A DNA stretch of 64,000 nt, from NCBI GenBank assembly GCA_964187785.1, contig OZ076409.1, positions 31,992,001 through 32,056,000 on the forward strand. Reading direction: 5' to 3'. This document shows, piece by piece, positions 12,482-24,336 of the stretch. Origin of the DNA: Amphiscolops sp. MND2022 (lineage: Eukaryota). A program made the translations under genes and the position numbers. Below the pieces are notes generated by a model. The model had not been told where the DNA came from. It made no database searches and saw nothing but the letters and a program-made list of their open reading frames with translations. Position 1 is the stretch's first letter, and every line of letters starts with the position of its first letter.

Positions 12482-13142
12482 TGTAAAGGCTGATTCTAAT
12501 AGCTAAGGCGTTCGAACCGTCGGCCTGTCCCTGGTATGAATTTTACCCAAGAATTTTAGCAAGGTCCCCGAAAACTTACCTAAGCCGTGTTGAAAACTGA
12601 AGAATTTGTAACTTGCTTTAAAGTCATTTTCCGTTCTGATATGGTCATACAAAAACTCAGATACATCGACTAATAAGGTAAACAATATACAAGCCAATCT
12701 TCATCTATAAATATGAATTTGTGAGTGAATATTCGTTGGTTTACTACAAGTAGCCCTACTTTCGTACTCAGTAAATAGGCTATGCTGGGAACCTTCTGCC
12801 TATCTAAGTAGGCTAATATTGACTACAAATACTGAAATATATTCCAACAACACGTTCATAAACAAATATGAGGGCTAATGTGGGTTAAACGGGAAATGGG
12901 AGGAAATAAGTAGCTCAAAAGTGATATATTGCAAAGGTCCAAAAAACTCTCCAGAAAAGATCATTTTGAACAAAAATTTCTCATTTAAAAAAAAAATTTA
13001 TCTTCTGTCCCGGTAGTTTGGCTCAAATGAGGAGGTGACCTCTTTATTTGGGGTTCATTCCTTCATTGGGATCAGAGTTATGGCTCTCCAGAGTCACCCA
13101 ATTTGAGATTCGTTTTTGTGCACTGGTTTTCAGGCCTTTTCA
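12482..13142 (-). repeat. 3' LTR of BEL/Pao element
   Basis: Aligns over its length with 19700-20365; TG...CA termini with short inverted ends. Confidence 0.88.
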
Positions 13143-16100
13143 TTGCCGGCCCTGTGTTTCTCTTGAGGAGGAACACACCAAAAGCCTTCAAATACACGGG
13201 ACAACTTGACTGTAGGACGAGAAACAACTCCCGACTGAGTAGGGATGTCACAGGACCACCTCGTTTTTCCCGATCGTCCACAATCCACACCAGATCATAT
13301 TCTTGCAATTGGGGACGTTCTTTGTACCATTTCTGGCGAATATTATGCACCGGAAGGTGTTCTTTCAACCATCTTGACCAGATGTTGTCCATGTGAGCCT
13401 GAGCCACACGGAACATTTTCATATGATTCTGATACTTCTGCGCATCTGGCAAAATAAGGAATCGCGATACACGGCAGGCCCAAAAGGAAATGTTTTGGCG
13501 TGAGTGCTTTCAAGTCTGTCGGATCATTAGAATTAAGAGTGAGAGGGCGTGCATTTACCAGTTGCTCCGTAAGACAAAGAATTGTAGCTAGAAGCTCATC
13601 TGTAAGTCGTTGTCCATTTAGGACATGGTGGATGGCCAAGATCCACCAGACCGATGGGCTGCGACCGGGTTGAACTTCCAAACGATATTCTTTCAACGCA
13701 GTTTTTCCTGGAAGTCACTCGTTTGCCACGTTGATGTAAACTGCTCCAGTTCGTTGTTCGCACCATCAAAATTTGTTCCATTATCACTCTAAATTGTCCA
13801 TGGGTGGCCTTGTCTGGCTCTAAATTGCGTTAATGTGGTCAGGCAAGAATCTGTATCTAGTGGATGAACCATTTCGAGGTTAATAGCTCTCGTGGATAAG
13901 CAGGTGAAAACAAACACAAGCCATGGTTTTTCGCATGTACTTTACCTTTAAATGTCCAAACTAGTCAACTCCGACATAAGTGAATGGGAATTCTACCTTT
14001 TCCACTCTTTCGCGAGGTAAATTGGCCATAAGTGGAGCCTAGACATTTGCACTGTTTTTCCTGCAAAGACAGCAGCGACTTTTAAGGCTCCGTCATGCAT
14101 TTCTCAGGCCCAATATCCAGAACTTTTGCTGTAATCGTGTCGCATACTTCCAGCACCTTGATGGTAGATTTCTGAATGTTATTTCAGCATCATCAGCTGC
14201 ATAGTAGGGTGTTTTGATGGCAGAAGAATTTGATGTTTTGTGTCGAACTCGAAATCCGCTTTGGATAATTGTCCACGAGCTCGCATAATGCCATTGTCAT
14301 CAATGAATGGGCAAAGTAGAGCAATGCTTGATTTCAAAGATAACTACTTCTTTCAAGTCAAAGCGGCATATTCCGTCTAAAACGCCTCCTCCTGAACCGA
14401 TTTGAATATCATTCGTTCTGCTTCCTGGTACTCGTCCAATGAAATTGGTCCTTTAAGTTGATTAAGGCTTTTATCGCGAAGTATGTAGCAATTAATTTGA
14501 ACAAGTTTGTCCAACAACTGATTCGCTCCCATCGTATCTTAAGCAACTTGTTTGGCATCAGAGTAACCACTTGAGCTATTTCTAAAGTGTCCTCAACAAT
14601 AGTGTGCTGGGTGGTAGCTTTTGGCCATTGAGCTTCATTTCCTCTCAGCCACGCCGGCCCGTTTAACCACACACTAGTATCAATTTCATTGGCTCTCATC
14701 CCTCGCGTGCCGAGATCTGCTGGATTTTGTGCACCGGAGTTGTGATTCCACTCACCCAGCTTTCTGTTTTCCAAAATTTCTCCTATACGAGTTGCAACAA
14801 TAATCTGCTGTTTTTTGTCGAAAGCTTTCAGCCATTGTATTACCGTTGTCGAATCACTCCACATATGAACTCAATCGATTATGATATCGTGTTGTTCGAG
14901 AATTGACACTTTTATTCGAGACGCTTGAAGGGCTGCTTGGAATTCCATTTTGGGAATAGTAGTAGTTTTGATGCGTTTTACTCGTGTCTTTCCCATTACG
15001 GAAGAAATATTGATAATATAAAATCTCAGAAGCGTGTGCAAACACGTGTAATTGAACTTCGCCCTTCTCCCAACAATTGTATCGATTGATTGAAAGCTCT
15101 TTCAAAGGAGGAACTTCTTGCAGCCATTCGAGATGTTTTGTTTCGTTATATCTTCTGGAATTTGTTCATCCCATCACTTCAGAGTCTTTTGCCAACTTTA
15201 TCGAATTCTGATAGTGAATGACAAAGCCAATCCCAGTCTGTCAAAAATGGATGATACAATGGAAAGAACCACTCGATGAGTGATTACTGATTTTTTTACC
15301 AGTGAAACCACGGCCTAATTATAGGTCGTCTGTCGTAAGACTCAACTCCAAACTCAAACCGTAACACTCTCTACATCACTATCATTCTCGCAATGTTCTT
15401 TCACTTTCGATTGCCATTTGGATTGGTTTAATTCACCTCTCTTCAAAAACGTAATCAGATTTTGCTTCAGAGTTTCTGCTTCTTTTGTACTTCCAGCCGA
15501 ATAGAGGAAGTCATCCATGTAAAAATTGAATTTGACTAATTGCGAAACATCGGGAAATTTGTCCTCGTTGTCCGTGGCTGTGCGTTGTAAAGCATATTTC
15601 GCACAGGTAGGGGAATGCTTGGCTCCGAAAATGTGGCGGGTGTACTCATAGGGTGACAAATCATCAGATTGGCTTTCTCTCCAAATAAAACGTAGACATT
15701 TGGCGTTCACCTGCAGGAACATTGCTTCAATGTCTGCACTCATATCGAAGGGCTTTTCACGGATCCGGCAGATAATACAGGTGAGATTTTGCAACAAATC
15801 CGGGCCAACAAGTAAAGTTTTTCAAAATGAAAACCTTTCAAGTTTGCTAGCGGCCTTGCAGACTGATCTCACGTTTCCAGGTTTGTTAGGATTGATCACT
15901 GGATGATGAGGTAGATACTTTTGAGGGTCATTTCTGGTCTCACAAATCTCAATCGCGTCCAGTTTGCGAATGTAACCAGATTCTTCATCTGTTTTGATCG
16001 TATCAGAATGAGCTGTCTTCAATTCGGCATTTTTGGATAACCGAGTCTCAAGTGGCAAAAATGGCTTAACAGCGCTTCGATAATTATTTGGCAACTCCAC

Positions 16101-18990
16101 AGCATTCCTACCGTATATCTGTTGTCTTCGCAAGCTGTCGTTTTCTCTAAAGATTCTGGTGCCTTGACATCTAAAACGTCCAAAAAGTTTCACTCGTGAA
16201 CCATAACTTTCATTGTCCCACCAAGTCTTGATCTAATCATTCTTGTCTTTTTCGCTTGTTTGAAGAATTGAAAATTGTTATGAACTCAAGATTGACACGA
16301 CCCGTTTTGGCAGAGGACCACCCACAGTCCAACCGAGTGCACTTCTGACAGCCCATGGCTCACGTGACTTTCCGCCTCGATGTTCTAATGGCTTCGTTAT
16401 GGAAAAACAACAGTCTGTTCCAAGGATCACTTTGACGTCTTTCAGATAGATATTTTTGCAGGAACACTTGCCAATTGTGGATACTGTCGTTTCATTCGTT
16501 GAACGTCGTAATAACTATCACCAATAACCATTTTTGTGCGAATTGCCATTTGCAGTTTCTGAATTCCGCAATCCTCAGTATTGATAGTAACTTGTACCAG
16601 CTCACTGGTTTTCTATGTCAATAATGCCACTGACTGTAAGATTTTGATTCACACCATGCAAATTCAGCTGATCTGATAAGAATTAGTCAATCCATGAAAG
16701 ACTAGATCCACTTTCGATTAAAGCGAGCACTTTCAATCAGGTAACCATGGTTCAACAGTTCAACTTTATTGACAGCTAGAATACCAAAATTATTCAAACC
16801 GACACTTGCATGTGTCTCTACTGTTTTAGTTGCTTTGGTAAATGGCTTTAAAGGTGATTCTGACCTGTGAAGCGATCGGTTGTGTTGTTTTTGACAACCA
16901 TCGATCCCACATTTTTTCATTTTGCACTCTTTCACGGGATGTCAACTACGCAAGCAGAAGAAACACAAATTGGCGTCTTTCACCTTTTTGTAACGGTCAA
17001 TTGTGATAAGTTGCTTGAACGCATCACACGCTCATAATCCATGCGCATTTCCACAAACAACACATTTGTTAGTGGGTTTTGAGTTAGCAATAAAGGATGA
17101 TTGCTCCGCCTCATTATGCGTGGAAGACATCGAAGAACCAGTTGTGCGTGGTTTATCTGCAGATAATGACTGTTTCTTATCGAAACCCTGGCGGAATTGT
17201 ACAAGCAGCTCGTCGTGAACGAAAGTTACTTCATTGAACCAATCACTAAATTTGCCGAAGTTTAATGACTCGAATCTTTTTCCTTTTGCATAGAACAACC
17301 ATTTCGTCTTGAGTTCTGGTGGTAATTTGCGTAGAGCAATGTTGAGCACTGATTCTTAGCTAAGGTCTTCAGAGGAACCATACTGATGGAGAACATTCAC
17401 ACAGGTTGAGATAAGTTGGACGTACTTTATAATTGCAGCTGAGTCATGTGATTTGATGAAAGGGTACTTTTGGATCTCAAGGGTACTCAATTTCATTTGA
17501 GCATTAACTACTGTTTGGGGTCGATGTAAATTGCCGACTAGTGTGTCCCAAGCAGTGTGATATAAGGCTCCTGAGTAGCCTAGACCTGCCATCGCGCCCT
17601 TAGTTTTGCCTTTGACAAACGTCTTCAGATGGCTCATCTTCGCCTTGTCATCGATTGGTGCATTGTGAATGACTGCATTAAACAGACTGGACCATTCGGG
17701 CCAATCCAGAGGGTCACCTGCAAATTCAGTCATCTTCAATTTCGGTAAGCTTGATGCTTGCACTGTCCAATGAGGAACGACAGCTTGCTGAAAAGGTATA
17801 TTGTCGACACGGGACGCTCTTTTGGCTACTTCGTCGTTCACATTGAGACGTCGTTTCTGTGAGATCGTTCTTGACTTTGAACGACACTGACTTCTATCCC
17901 CGCGGTTACTTATTCGTCCACCCTTACGCTCGGCAGACGGATCCTTCATCTCAAAAAGTTTTCAAATATTGTCCTCTACTTCGTGAAACTGCTGCATTGC
18001 TGGAAATCGCTGTTTTCTCTTTTTCGGCATTCTCTACAATCTGCAATTTTTGGTTCTGAAGATCCATAACGTCACTGTTTTGATCTAACCAGTTTTTGAC
18101 GCTGTTGTGTTTTTCCTCATCAATTGATAAAGACATCAGGCTAGCGCCAATAGTTGACTCATGACCTTATCCTTGTGATTCTTCAATTTGAAGTTTCATT
18201 TCCTGCGTCTTTAAGAATTTCTGATGCCGTAAATTGGCTAACTGGGTTTCAGCTTGCATGGTATTGATTTCCATCTCCCATTGCTTGCGTTCTAGTTCAA
18301 GCTCTCTTTCCTTCTTTTCATTTGCCATTCTTGACTCTTGCTCCAATAGTTTCGCTCGACTCTCAAGTCGACGACGTTCACTGAGTCGTGAAGATCGGGA
18401 ACCGGCATTGGAATGTTGATAGTTCGAAGGTTCGCTCGCTGCGTTCTTCATCGTGGACAAAAACTTACTGCTGGATTGCTTCAGCCTTCGAATCCCGTCT
18501 GCTGGAGCGTCGTACTTCGTCTCTCTAAAATCTACTGGATTCGTCTCGTAAGATTATATCATTGAGACTCTTCGAGAATTTCTAGCTCTGGTCCATTTTC
18601 TCTACAGCACTTCTCTTGCGTCCATTAAGATCTGTTTCAGCAATCGCCGGAAGATTCAGAGTTGCCGAACTTTCTTCGAATACCGTTTCAGTGTCAGCAG
18701 CGGGCACTTCTGACTGAGAAGTCAGGTCCCTGCTTTCTGGATCGACCTAACTAATCCATTCAATCGTTGCCTTTTGAAGCTCTGTCTCAACTTCAGCTAG
18801 AATGGCTTTTTTCGATGATTGAATTGATTTCTTTATTTCGTATTGACTGTGAAAGCCCTGCTTGACGAGGTAGAGCTAGGTAGAGATGATTTGATTCTAC
18901 TTGATCTGGTGCCCTGCGCTGTCAAGGAGTCTGTCATCTTTATTTTTTTATTGATTTTATCATGCGCATTATAAAATTGATCTGACAGTT
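13143..18990 (-). pseudogene. BEL/Pao gag-pol (DUF1759-type gag, zinc knuckles, protease, RT, RNase H, integrase, DUF5641)
   Basis: EFAGDPLDWPEWSSLF (gag); CGIDGCQKQHNRSLH; DIEAMFLQV...FYMDDFL (RT); HVFAHASE and WSDSTTVIQW (RNase H); EQLVNARPLT...ALTPKHFLLG and WSRWLKEHLP (IN/DUF5641). Many disruptions. Confidence 0.9.
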
Positions 18991-19076
18991 CACAATAGCG
19001 TAGAAAGTGACTTTCATCCTTTATTTGTTGTTGAATTACAGAGAAGCCAATTAGGGGTTTGAATATAGCTCCAGAT

Positions 19077-19696
19077 TCCGATAAAGTTCTTCCAGACTAC
19101 TAGTCTGATGTTGCATTACCTTGCGACGTTCTGACTGTTACTTTGACTGATGTCTTTGAGTAAGTGAATGCAACTTTCGCATTCGTGCTTCATTTCTTCA
19201 ATTGGTTTACTATAGTATAGATAAAGACTACCGAAATCGTATATGGTGGGCTTGTAATCTTTTCCTTTACCTTACAATTCCTCGAACTTCGAGGCAGTCA
19301 GTGCCAGTGCCTCGATTGTTTTACCAAACCGCACTTCGTGTTTTCTCTATTCTGCGGAGTAGGACAAATTCTTCAAAGCGTTAGAAAACAACAACACTTG
19401 AGTTATTCCGCCCTTTTTCACCGTCATTACTTTGTGGTCGGTTGGGTCAAACGTTGCCATCTTTGTGCAATAATTTCCGCTAAATCGTGTGTTGTGTTGT
19501 AATTTGGTCAACCAGACGGACAGCGCCCCAAGTCCCTTGTGATTTGAATGCATTCTCCAGTTAAATAAAATTTTTACTCTACTTTAAGATGAGAGTAAAC
19601 CAGTTGGGTATCTGCAAATCTAACAAAGCTGAGGCTTAGGGAACAGAAACGTCAAAGATAGTGAATAATAACGCAACTGTCCCTGGCCAGGCAACA
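19077..19696 (-). repeat. Probable solo LTR of a second family inserted 3 bp inside the 5' LTR, at the primer-binding site
   Basis: On the minus strand it starts TGTTGCCTGGCCAGGG after LTR-CA+TTT, and a PBS-like TGGAGC resumes at its far end. Non-coding; the far CA end and a TSD are not clean. Confidence 0.5.
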
Positions 19697-19699
19697 AAA

Positions 19700-20365
19700 T
19701 GTAAAGGTGAATTCTAATAGCTAAGGCGTTCGAACCGTTGCCTTGTTCCTGGTATGAATTTTACTCAAGAATTTCAGCAAAGTCCCAGAAAACTTTACTA
19801 AGCCGTGTTGAAAACTGAAGAATATTAAACTTCCAAAACACTCTCAACTTGCTTAAAAGAAGTCAATGCTCCGTTTTAATATGGTCATACAACATCTCAG
19901 GTACATCTACTAATAGAGTAAACAATATACAAGCCAATATTTTTGTATAAATATGAGTTTATGAATATCCGTTGCTTTTCTACAAGTAACCGCACTTTCG
20001 TAATCAGTAAATAGGCTATGCTGGGCACTTTCTCCCTACCTAAGTAGGCTAATATTGACTACAAATACTCAAATATATTCCAACAACACGTTCATAAACA
20101 AATATGAGGGCTAATGTGGGTTAAACAGGAAATGGGAGGAAATAATTAGCTCAAAAGTTATATTATGCGCAAAGGCCCAAAAAACTCTCCAGAAAACAAA
20201 ATCTGTTCGAATTCCAATTTTATCTTCTGTCCCGGAAGTTTGGCTCAAATGAGGAAGTGGCCTCTTTATTTGGGGTTCATTCCTTCATTGGGGGTCGGAG
20301 TTATGGCTCTCCAAAGTCACCCGATTTGAGGTCCTTTTTTGTGCATTGGTTTTCAGGCCTTTTGA
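19700..20365 (-). repeat. 5' LTR of BEL/Pao element
   Basis: Direct repeat of 12482-13142. Confidence 0.88.
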
Positions 20366-21199
20366 GTCTTACTCTTGTTCTTAAATTACCAAAAACGGTA
20401 GAGAAATGGGAGTCTGACTTTTTTGAACAACAAATCAGGTCGTTATCCGTATAAACGAAGTTACTGACCTTCCAAAAAGAGTTTCAACACAATTATATAC
20501 AAACAAAAGTTGCATTTTCAAATTTTTTCTATTGGATTAATCGTCTCCATACATCCAGACTAGGAATATAACTTTTGGACATATGCCGGACTCCGGAAAC
20601 TGCCGAAAACAACCAAACTTTCGCCAAAAACAACAAAAATCAAAAATTAGCCTCAAATCAACACAATTGCCTTACTTGCTGTCACTCGGCAAATCAAATT
20701 AAATGTTGAGTTTTCATTGGCTTAGCCTCGTTAGTGATTTCGTCCTCAAATGAGGACCGCGATTTTTTTTCGCAATCAATGAAAAAGTACGAAACGCAAA
20801 AAGCATATAGGAAAACGAAAGTTTTTCTTTCTTATCAACAATCTATCGGACTATTTGAGGCGAGTTGTTATTTGTATTAAGATGGTTTGTTTTCCGAAGT
20901 TTTTTTCGGTGAAGCTTCAGCTAAGAGTTTCGACCGGTATTCGACCCACCCCAAAAAAAGGTGCCAAGTCGCAGCTTAGCTACTGTGCATTTGAAAGCTT
21001 AGGTGAAGTGCTTTCAGGAGCAGAAAACTGATTTGAGCAGTGGCTGTTATTCGTAGAGGAATTAAGCACTAAAAATGTTGCCAGTTTTTTGTTAGGTTTT
21101 CGACTTCTCGGTGTGCTGACGAGGTTAAATCAAACAAAGCAAGAGTGTTTTGTCACGCTCACGTGCATACGTTAAATACCTACCTCATGTGTATACCTA

Positions 21200-21497
21200 C
21201 CAGACACCGCGGTTTCATGCTGGTGGTTTTATTTGGATTCAACCCGCGTGTGCGGACGCGGAGCGAAGGTTTTCGCTGTTACACATTGTCGCTGTCCCCG
21301 GAAATTGCAGCTCTCAGACGATTCTTTGAAAAACGCTGTTTATTGTATATTATAATAAACACTTCGTTGAATCTTGACATAATTGAACTCGAAATTGAAA
21401 CAAAAAACCTTTTTAAAGCAAAGGATAAAAAAGCATAATTCGAATTGCGTGGCAGCATAATCTGTGACCGCTGGCAGCATAAAACCTCGGTGTCTGA
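21200..21497. mobile_element. MITE-like element with ~23-bp TIRs and TA flanks
   Basis: CAGACACCGCGGTTTCATGCTG (21201-) vs CAGCATAAAACCTCGGTGTCTG (-21496); TA at 21198-99 and 21498-99. Confidence 0.6.
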
Positions 21498-22799
21498 TAT
21501 CTACCCAAACTTGCATTACGTTTCACATTGATATGGCGTCTCTAGAGTTTCACGTCAAAACCGAAAGACCAGCAACGTCTCCTGTAACGTTATATCAGTT
21601 GACGTTGAGCGCTTATTTTCGTTGCTACACGCATTTATAACTGATAGGTCAAATATTGTTGAGAACCTTGCAAAATTGATGTTTTGAAATATAATAACAC
21701 AATTTAGCATGTTTTGCCGAAAAAATACAAATTTTTGCGGGAAATATGTTTTTTTTCTGCTTCCGGCGCCGAAAACAGTAGTTTTCACGCCGAAAGATTA
21801 TGTTCCAAATCCAGATCTGAATGCAGTTATGAGGCGGGTTTTTAAAAACTTCTTCAAAGTTTGAGGTAGCACCACGTGATTTGTAGCGTTGTCATCTAAG
21901 TCGGCAAATCCAAGTTTTAACGGTCCGAAAGTTGTTAAGTTCTGGTTTTGTGACAAAAACAAAGTCAATGCACAAAGAAAACTCCTGGCGGGTTGTCAGG
22001 AGAACGAAAAGAACTTATTTATCATTGAGAGGCTGGCATGTGATTGTTTAGATATCGAAAAGGCTTCTGATGGCCAAAACAGACCACATTACTCCGTAAC
22101 TGCGAGAGAAATGTATTTTTGAAACTTTCCAAAGGAAATATTTTCAGCCAAAAAGTTGAATCGACATTTGCTGACGATCAACTAGCGCATAAAGCTCTCC
22201 AGCTAACATACAAAATACCATTCAGCAAAAAATGGTACTAGAATGATTGATGCCAAAAGAAACTCCGTGGAGGATAATAACGTGAAGCAGAAAATAATAT
22301 ACGAAGAAATTTCTACCCCTTGGATATAAAGTAAATCAAAACACTTCACCAGAATTGGAAGCTGCAGGCGGCGATGCATAAAACGCAAAACCTGACTCTG
22401 AATAAGCTGCAGAGCGAAAGCAACTATTATCCGCAAACAGAATTGTTTAAATGTTAAATGTTTGAGATGCAACCATGGCGAACAGTCAGTTTCACTTGAA
22501 CTGAGTGATCCCAAAGCAAATGTCATAATTTTAACAGCCTGTATAGCTAAAAATGAATATATTGGGAGCTAAGACATTGATTGGCAACAACCGATGAATA
22601 AATAAGACTGGAACGTCTCAAATCGGCGCTATACCAAGGGCTCAAAAAGCACAATTTTTAAAAATATTAAAGATTATCAGTATGTTCTTTATGAGAAACT
22701 CACAAAAACGTTCCAAAAAACCCAAAGTGTGCCTTTAGTGCTCAGAAAAAGCTTCAGAAGTTCGGATGTAGCGTACTGAGACAAATGATAGCCCTTTTT

Positions 22800-23260
22800 A
22801 AGTATACAGCTTTCTCAGTTTAACGCAAACTACTTCGTATGTAACGTCAATATTCGGATGTACCGCAATATTTTCGAACCTCCAGTTCCTAACTTCGGAT
22901 AGTAATGGAAAAAATTATCGGCGGATTCTTATTGAAAAATTCTAACATCAGAACAAAAATGAGAATTTTGAACAGTCCCATGGCGCCAAAAATGTTAAAG
23001 GAGATCCATTTCTGCTGCAAAATATCAAAAAATGAAGGGGGTCTTCTTGTGCAATATAAAATATTTTGAAGTCAAAGTGCCGAAAAAGATCTAAGGTAAA
23101 AACACTAAGATAACCAAAGAGGGGATCCTCAGTATGTTTTCGATGTTTTGGACGTCGGTTTTTTTGGACGAGGCTGTGACGTTTCCAGTATGTTTTGGAC
23201 ATCCGTAGTTCAAGTTGAACAAATGAACAAATTCTAGGTGTCTAAAAAACTACCCACTCT
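22800..23260. repeat. Interspersed repeat family copy (orientation as 9770-10490)
   Basis: AAAAATGAGAATTTTGAACAGTCCCATGGCGCCAAAAATG and TTCG.ATGTAACGTC motifs shared with the other copies. Confidence 0.65.
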
Positions 23261-23705
23261 ACTCAGGATGATTTTTCTTAGAAATTGACATCTCAACTGC
23301 TGTCCAGACAACACTTGAGTAAAAATGTCTGGTAATCATGCTATCATCTGTATAACTCGTATTTGCGTGAGCAAGTCTACAACCAATGACAAGCCAACTT
23401 TGCTTTATCTACCGAAAGGCCTTTACACCATATACGTCAGGAAGCTTAAAAAAACTTCTGAATTACGACTTCAGAAGGAATAATATCGAGGTTCTCAAAA
23501 GTTTTGTGGGACCGTTCACATGAAAACTTCATTTAAAATTAGGAGAACCGCAAGGATCCGTCTCGAGGCCGTTTCTTTCCTTTCAAAGTGTCGCAACCCA
23601 GAAGTTGCGTGGAACCCGTAGTGCAACGTTGATTGAAGGCAAAGAGACCAAACACCATTACAAAACTGTGAAACTTTCACCCAGAAACTTTGTTTGTTTC
23701 TATTT

Positions 23706-23990
23706 GTATACTGCAGAGAGACAGGTCACATGATGGCCGACTGTCCCAAATTAGCCAAACGGCGCAAACTCGAAGAAGATCCAGACGCCTAAAAATGCCA
23801 AAAATGCAACACACCAGGCCATGATGAAAACAATTGTTACTTTGGCGCGAGCATGGAAAATCGTCCACCCAAATGGACCCTTACAGAAGCCCAGAAAAAG
23901 GTTATTGAAAACTACAAACAAGCCAAAAAACCAATAAAACCAAAAATAGAACGACAACAACAATATTCTTCCAAGGATTTAAACTAGAAG
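23706..23990 (+). pseudogene. Gypsy gag C-terminus with two CCHC knuckles
   Basis: YCRETGHMMADCPKL and CQKCNTPGHDENNCYFGA. Confidence 0.75.
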
Positions 23991-24336
23991 CGCCACGCCT
24001 TTATACAAAATTACCACAAGAACAAAACACAGCAGATGACTGGCAGCATAAGCTGATCCCAAAACCTACAAAAACAGCAATTTGCGAAACTAAATCAACA
24101 TCACAAATCTCTCAACAGTCAACACTGGAAACTCAATCTGAAGACTTATATGAACTCTTACATGACGCACCAGACAACTACTTTCGACAAAAATCAACCC
24201 ATCCCAAAATCGACTCAACTCCATAAGTTCACCACACTTCAAAAAACCATGTCACAAAAAAACTTGGAATGATGAAAAACAACCCCTTTTAGATGAAGAT
24301 CTCACTGAATACATACAATTTGACAAGGAACGAAAC

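Larger units (their letters stand above)
12482..20365 (-). mobile_element. Full-length, decayed BEL/Pao LTR retrotransposon
   Basis: Two ~660-bp direct repeats with TGTAAAGG...CCTTTT(C/G)A ends; near-perfect 5-bp TSD GTCTG (12477-12481) / GTCTT (20366-20370); gag-pol on the minus strand; purine-rich tract before the 3' LTR. Confidence 0.9.

Noticed and set aside
22300-22560. Possible Copia-like RT fragment (PLGYKVNQNTSPEL)
   Set aside because: One short motif surrounded by stops, with no supporting downstream motifs.
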